A stretch of 62,364 nucleotides of DNA, the filler included, from Pirum gemmata (lineage: Eukaryota): assembly GCA_002812295.1 (NCBI GenBank). It is 22 parts of 22 records of this genome, joined end to end, with 100 filler letters (N's around TTAATTAATTAA, not from the genome) between each part and the next. Parts side by side here need not be neighbours in the genome. Positions count along the whole stretch, not along the records: positions 56,849 to 62,364 come from PDIN01005995.1; 21 more parts are not named here. One strand, written 5' to 3'. Shown one piece after another: positions 59,120-62,364 of the stretch. A model generated the notes under the pieces. The model worked only from the letters and a program-made list of their open reading frames with translations. It ran no database searches and had not been told where the DNA came from. Position 1 is the first letter of the stretch, and each line of letters opens with the position of its first letter. A program made the translations under genes and the position numbers.

Positions 59120-60067
59120 AACCTTTTAACCCTAACTTTTCACTCAACTTTTCACTATTCCTTTTTCTTTTATTTTGTCTTTATTTTATAATTAAAACTC
59201 TAGTAGTACCCACAATCCTATAACCCTATAGCCGTTATAGCCCTATTTACATATAGCCTTTAGCCCTTTTAACGTTAACCTTATAACCCCAACCTAAATT
59301 TATAACCCCAACCCTAACCCTGACCACNNNNNNNNNNNNNNNNNNNNNNNNNNNNNNNNNNNNNNNNNNNNNNNNNNNNNNNNNNNNNNNNNNNNNNTAA
59401 CGCGGTTGGTAGATTTATGGTTAAAAGCATGGAGACATTGGACTGATTGGAGAGTTATCACCTCGATAGACTAGTGCTTTGGAGTGAGAAAAGGGCCTAG
59501 AGTTTTCAAAAGGGCCTAAAAAGTTCAACCATTTTTGCTAATTTATCCATTTTGGTCTAAATATGATCGAAAACTTTGAATACCGGTAAGTGAAATTTGA
59601 ATTGCAATCATTTATATTTTTGTGATCGAACATATAATATTACATTTTCGAGTTTTACATGTTCAGTAGAATATTGGGTGAGTTTAGGTACTTAGAGCTT
59701 CTAGCTAGACTCTCCACGAAATTAATTGAATATTGTGTAATACTATGCTATATTTATTATTGATTAAACTACGATTATCTACAACTAATGTTTATAAATT
59801 ACAATGTAATTTTAAAATATTTTTTAATTTAAAAGCATTATTGATATCACAAAGTTTTAAAAAAGAATGTTATCGATAGTATTATTGAAATCGACACAAC
59901 CACATGCAAATATGATATTAAATATAACCCTAACCCTAACCCTAACCCTACAAGCTAGGGGACAGACCCTGGTGGACGACATAAATACCACTTACAACAC
60001 CCCCTACAATGCTAAATGACATTGTGAGGTTACATATCAACATAAATAATATTACAACATATTTTTC

Positions 60068-60163
60068 ATGAGCCAAAGTACTGCAGCTGTTATTATTATT
60101 AATACTGATACGCCTATGGGCCAAAGTACTGCAGCTGATATTATTATTAATACTGATACGCCT
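60068..60163. repeat. 48-bp tandem duplication
   Basis: ATG(A/G)GCCAAAGTACTGCAGCTG(T/A)TATTATTATTAATACTGATACGCCT occurs twice. Confidence 0.85.
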
Positions 60164-62119
60164 ATGACCATCATTTCACTACCACAGTTACTACCACTGC
60201 AATCACAACCATTATTAGTAGTACTAATACTATCACAACTAATTTGTAATATTATTTATTTATAACATCACATATTAATACTACTACTTATTGCTTACAA
60301 GTACCACCAGCACCAACTATATGTGCTACTACTAACTCCTACTCTAAGAGTACTACGACGGATACTACTAAAGTAAACAACAAACAAAATTTAAAATATA
60401 AATACAAAATTTTAAAATTGTTATTAATATTATAATATATTCATTATTATTATTTTTATTAATTAACTATTATTATTAATTATTATTATTAATTATTATT
60501 ATTAAAACTTTATTATTAATTATTAATATTAATTATTATTATTAATTATTATTATTAATTATTATTATTAATTATCATATTATTAATTATTATTAATGAT
60601 TATTATTATTATAATTATTATTTATTATTATTAATTAATTATTATTATTAATTGTTCTTATTAATTATTATTATTATTGAAAATTCAACGCTAATTATTA
60701 ATTAACTATTACGGTTGTTGTTGTATGAAAAGTAAAGTTTTATTATTATTATNTATTAATAATATATATCAATATTATAATATTGTATAGGTATACGTAT
60801 AGTATTAATAATAATAACAATAACAATAACAATATTGATAACTATATTAATATATATAATAACAATAACAATATATAACGTTAACAATTTATAACTTAAC
60901 CCTAACCCTAATTAATAACCCTAACCTTAATTTTATAACCCTAATTGTAATATTATCTTAACTTAAATCCCAACCTAACACCAACACCAACACCAACACC
61001 AACATTAATTATTGACACCAACATTAATTATTGACACCAACGTTATAATATTATATATAACGCCATCGATGGCCCTAACCACAGTTTATATATATATCAC
61101 TAACAAGCTTTGATATTAATATTATATTATAATATCAATTGTATAGGTACATGTATAATATATTAATATTAATTGTATAGGTACATGTATAATATATTAA
61201 TATTAATAGTAATAATAACAACAACAATAACAACAATAACAACATATAACAATAACTATATATAATAATATATGTATACAATATTAATAACAATTAATAT
61301 TTTAATATTAATATTAATAATATATATTATATTAATAACAATAACTATAACAATATAATTATAACAATAACAATAACAGTATTAATATTATATTAATAAT
61401 TTTATATTAATAACGTATTAATACAAATAATATTAATATAATTACTACTATTAATATTAAATAAAACATTATAATTTATAATTAGTATCATTATATTAAT
61501 TAATAACACTATTAAATATAAATTCTAACAATAGTTATATGGCTTAAAACTCTACTTTAACTAAATATCTAACTTTAAACGCTAACTATAATTATAACAC
61601 TAACACTAACACTAACCCTAACCCTAACCCTAACCCTAACGTTAACCCTACCACCTAACCCTAACCCTACCCTAACCCTAACCCTAAAGTTAACCCTAAC
61701 CCTAACCCTAACCCTAACCCTTAGCCCTAACACTAACACTATGATAACACTAACACTAACACTAACACTAACACTAAGCTAACGCTAACGCTAAATCTAA
61801 CTCTTTTAATTCTAACCCTAATAAATAACCTTAAAACTCTAACCCTAACTGCGAATTACCCAATTAATATTTCAAAACATTAATACTAATTATATAATAC
61901 TAATTATACCTAATTCTAATTACACCAACCTTTTATTAGTCTTTTATTCCTAACTAAATAGTTATCATAAAATTTTCTACCTATTCTATTTACACCAGTT
62001 TCTTTAAAAAGAAGTACTGACTATCAAGGTGTATTTAGTATAGGTCACATCTAACATTCATCTAACTAAACCATCTATCTAATCAAAAAAAATAAAAAAA
62101 TTTAATAAAAAAACAAATA

Positions 62120-62364
62120 GACTATGGTGGGGGAACTCAACCTGATTCCATATCTAACCCCCGGTTCACCGAGCCGTATCTCGACCCCCAGGCATGGTAT
62201 GAAAATTTTGAGATCGTGAATGGATAGCTTTTAACGAGCTGAGTCTCCCTGCTGACTCGCTTTAACTTCACATATTTTTAAAAAGTCGAACATCGAAAAT
62301 AAAAAAATTTAAAATTTGGGCAAAAATTCCCAAATTTTAATTAGGAAAGTACCCCACCATGACC
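62120..62364. mobile_element. Probable MITE (single copy in window)
   Basis: Imperfect TIR GACTATGGTGGGGGAACT ... AGTACCCCACCATGACC, ~245 bp. The right flank lies outside the window. Confidence 0.45.

Overview
Very AT-rich eukaryotic (protist-like) genomic DNA with spliceosomal GT-AG introns, an apparently standard genetic code and TTAGGG-type telomeric repeats scattered internally. It is not one locus. About 22 short contigs (mostly ~2.5 kb) are concatenated with an artificial 100-nt linker (N44-TTAATTAATTAA-N44), so neighbourhood across linkers carries no meaning. Genes I could reconstruct, mostly partial: an AGC-group Ser/Thr kinase, a proteinase K-type subtilisin with a frame break in its propeptide, an intronless 654-aa LRR protein truncated by an 11-bp duplication, a bacterial-type multicopper oxidase, a lactonase-like beta-propeller, an MFS transporter, a mitochondrial carrier, an amidohydrolase C-terminus, a signal-peptide + Rad5/16-like RING chimera, a RING-H2 pseudogene and several orphan ORFs. 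The non-coding DNA is dense with at least 8 MITE families. Three of these are ~232-235-bp families with related TIRs, 8-9-bp TSDs and a terminal ATGACGTCAT palindrome, and two copies sit inside the ends of other MITEs. Also present are a near-perfect 170-bp hairpin, an 11-copy hairpin-core array with microsatellite spacers, and tandem arrays built from gene 3' ends, one spaced by telomeric repeats that supply splice-site motifs. Most long entries in the ORF track are translated microsatellites. All calls are by eye; no database searches were run.
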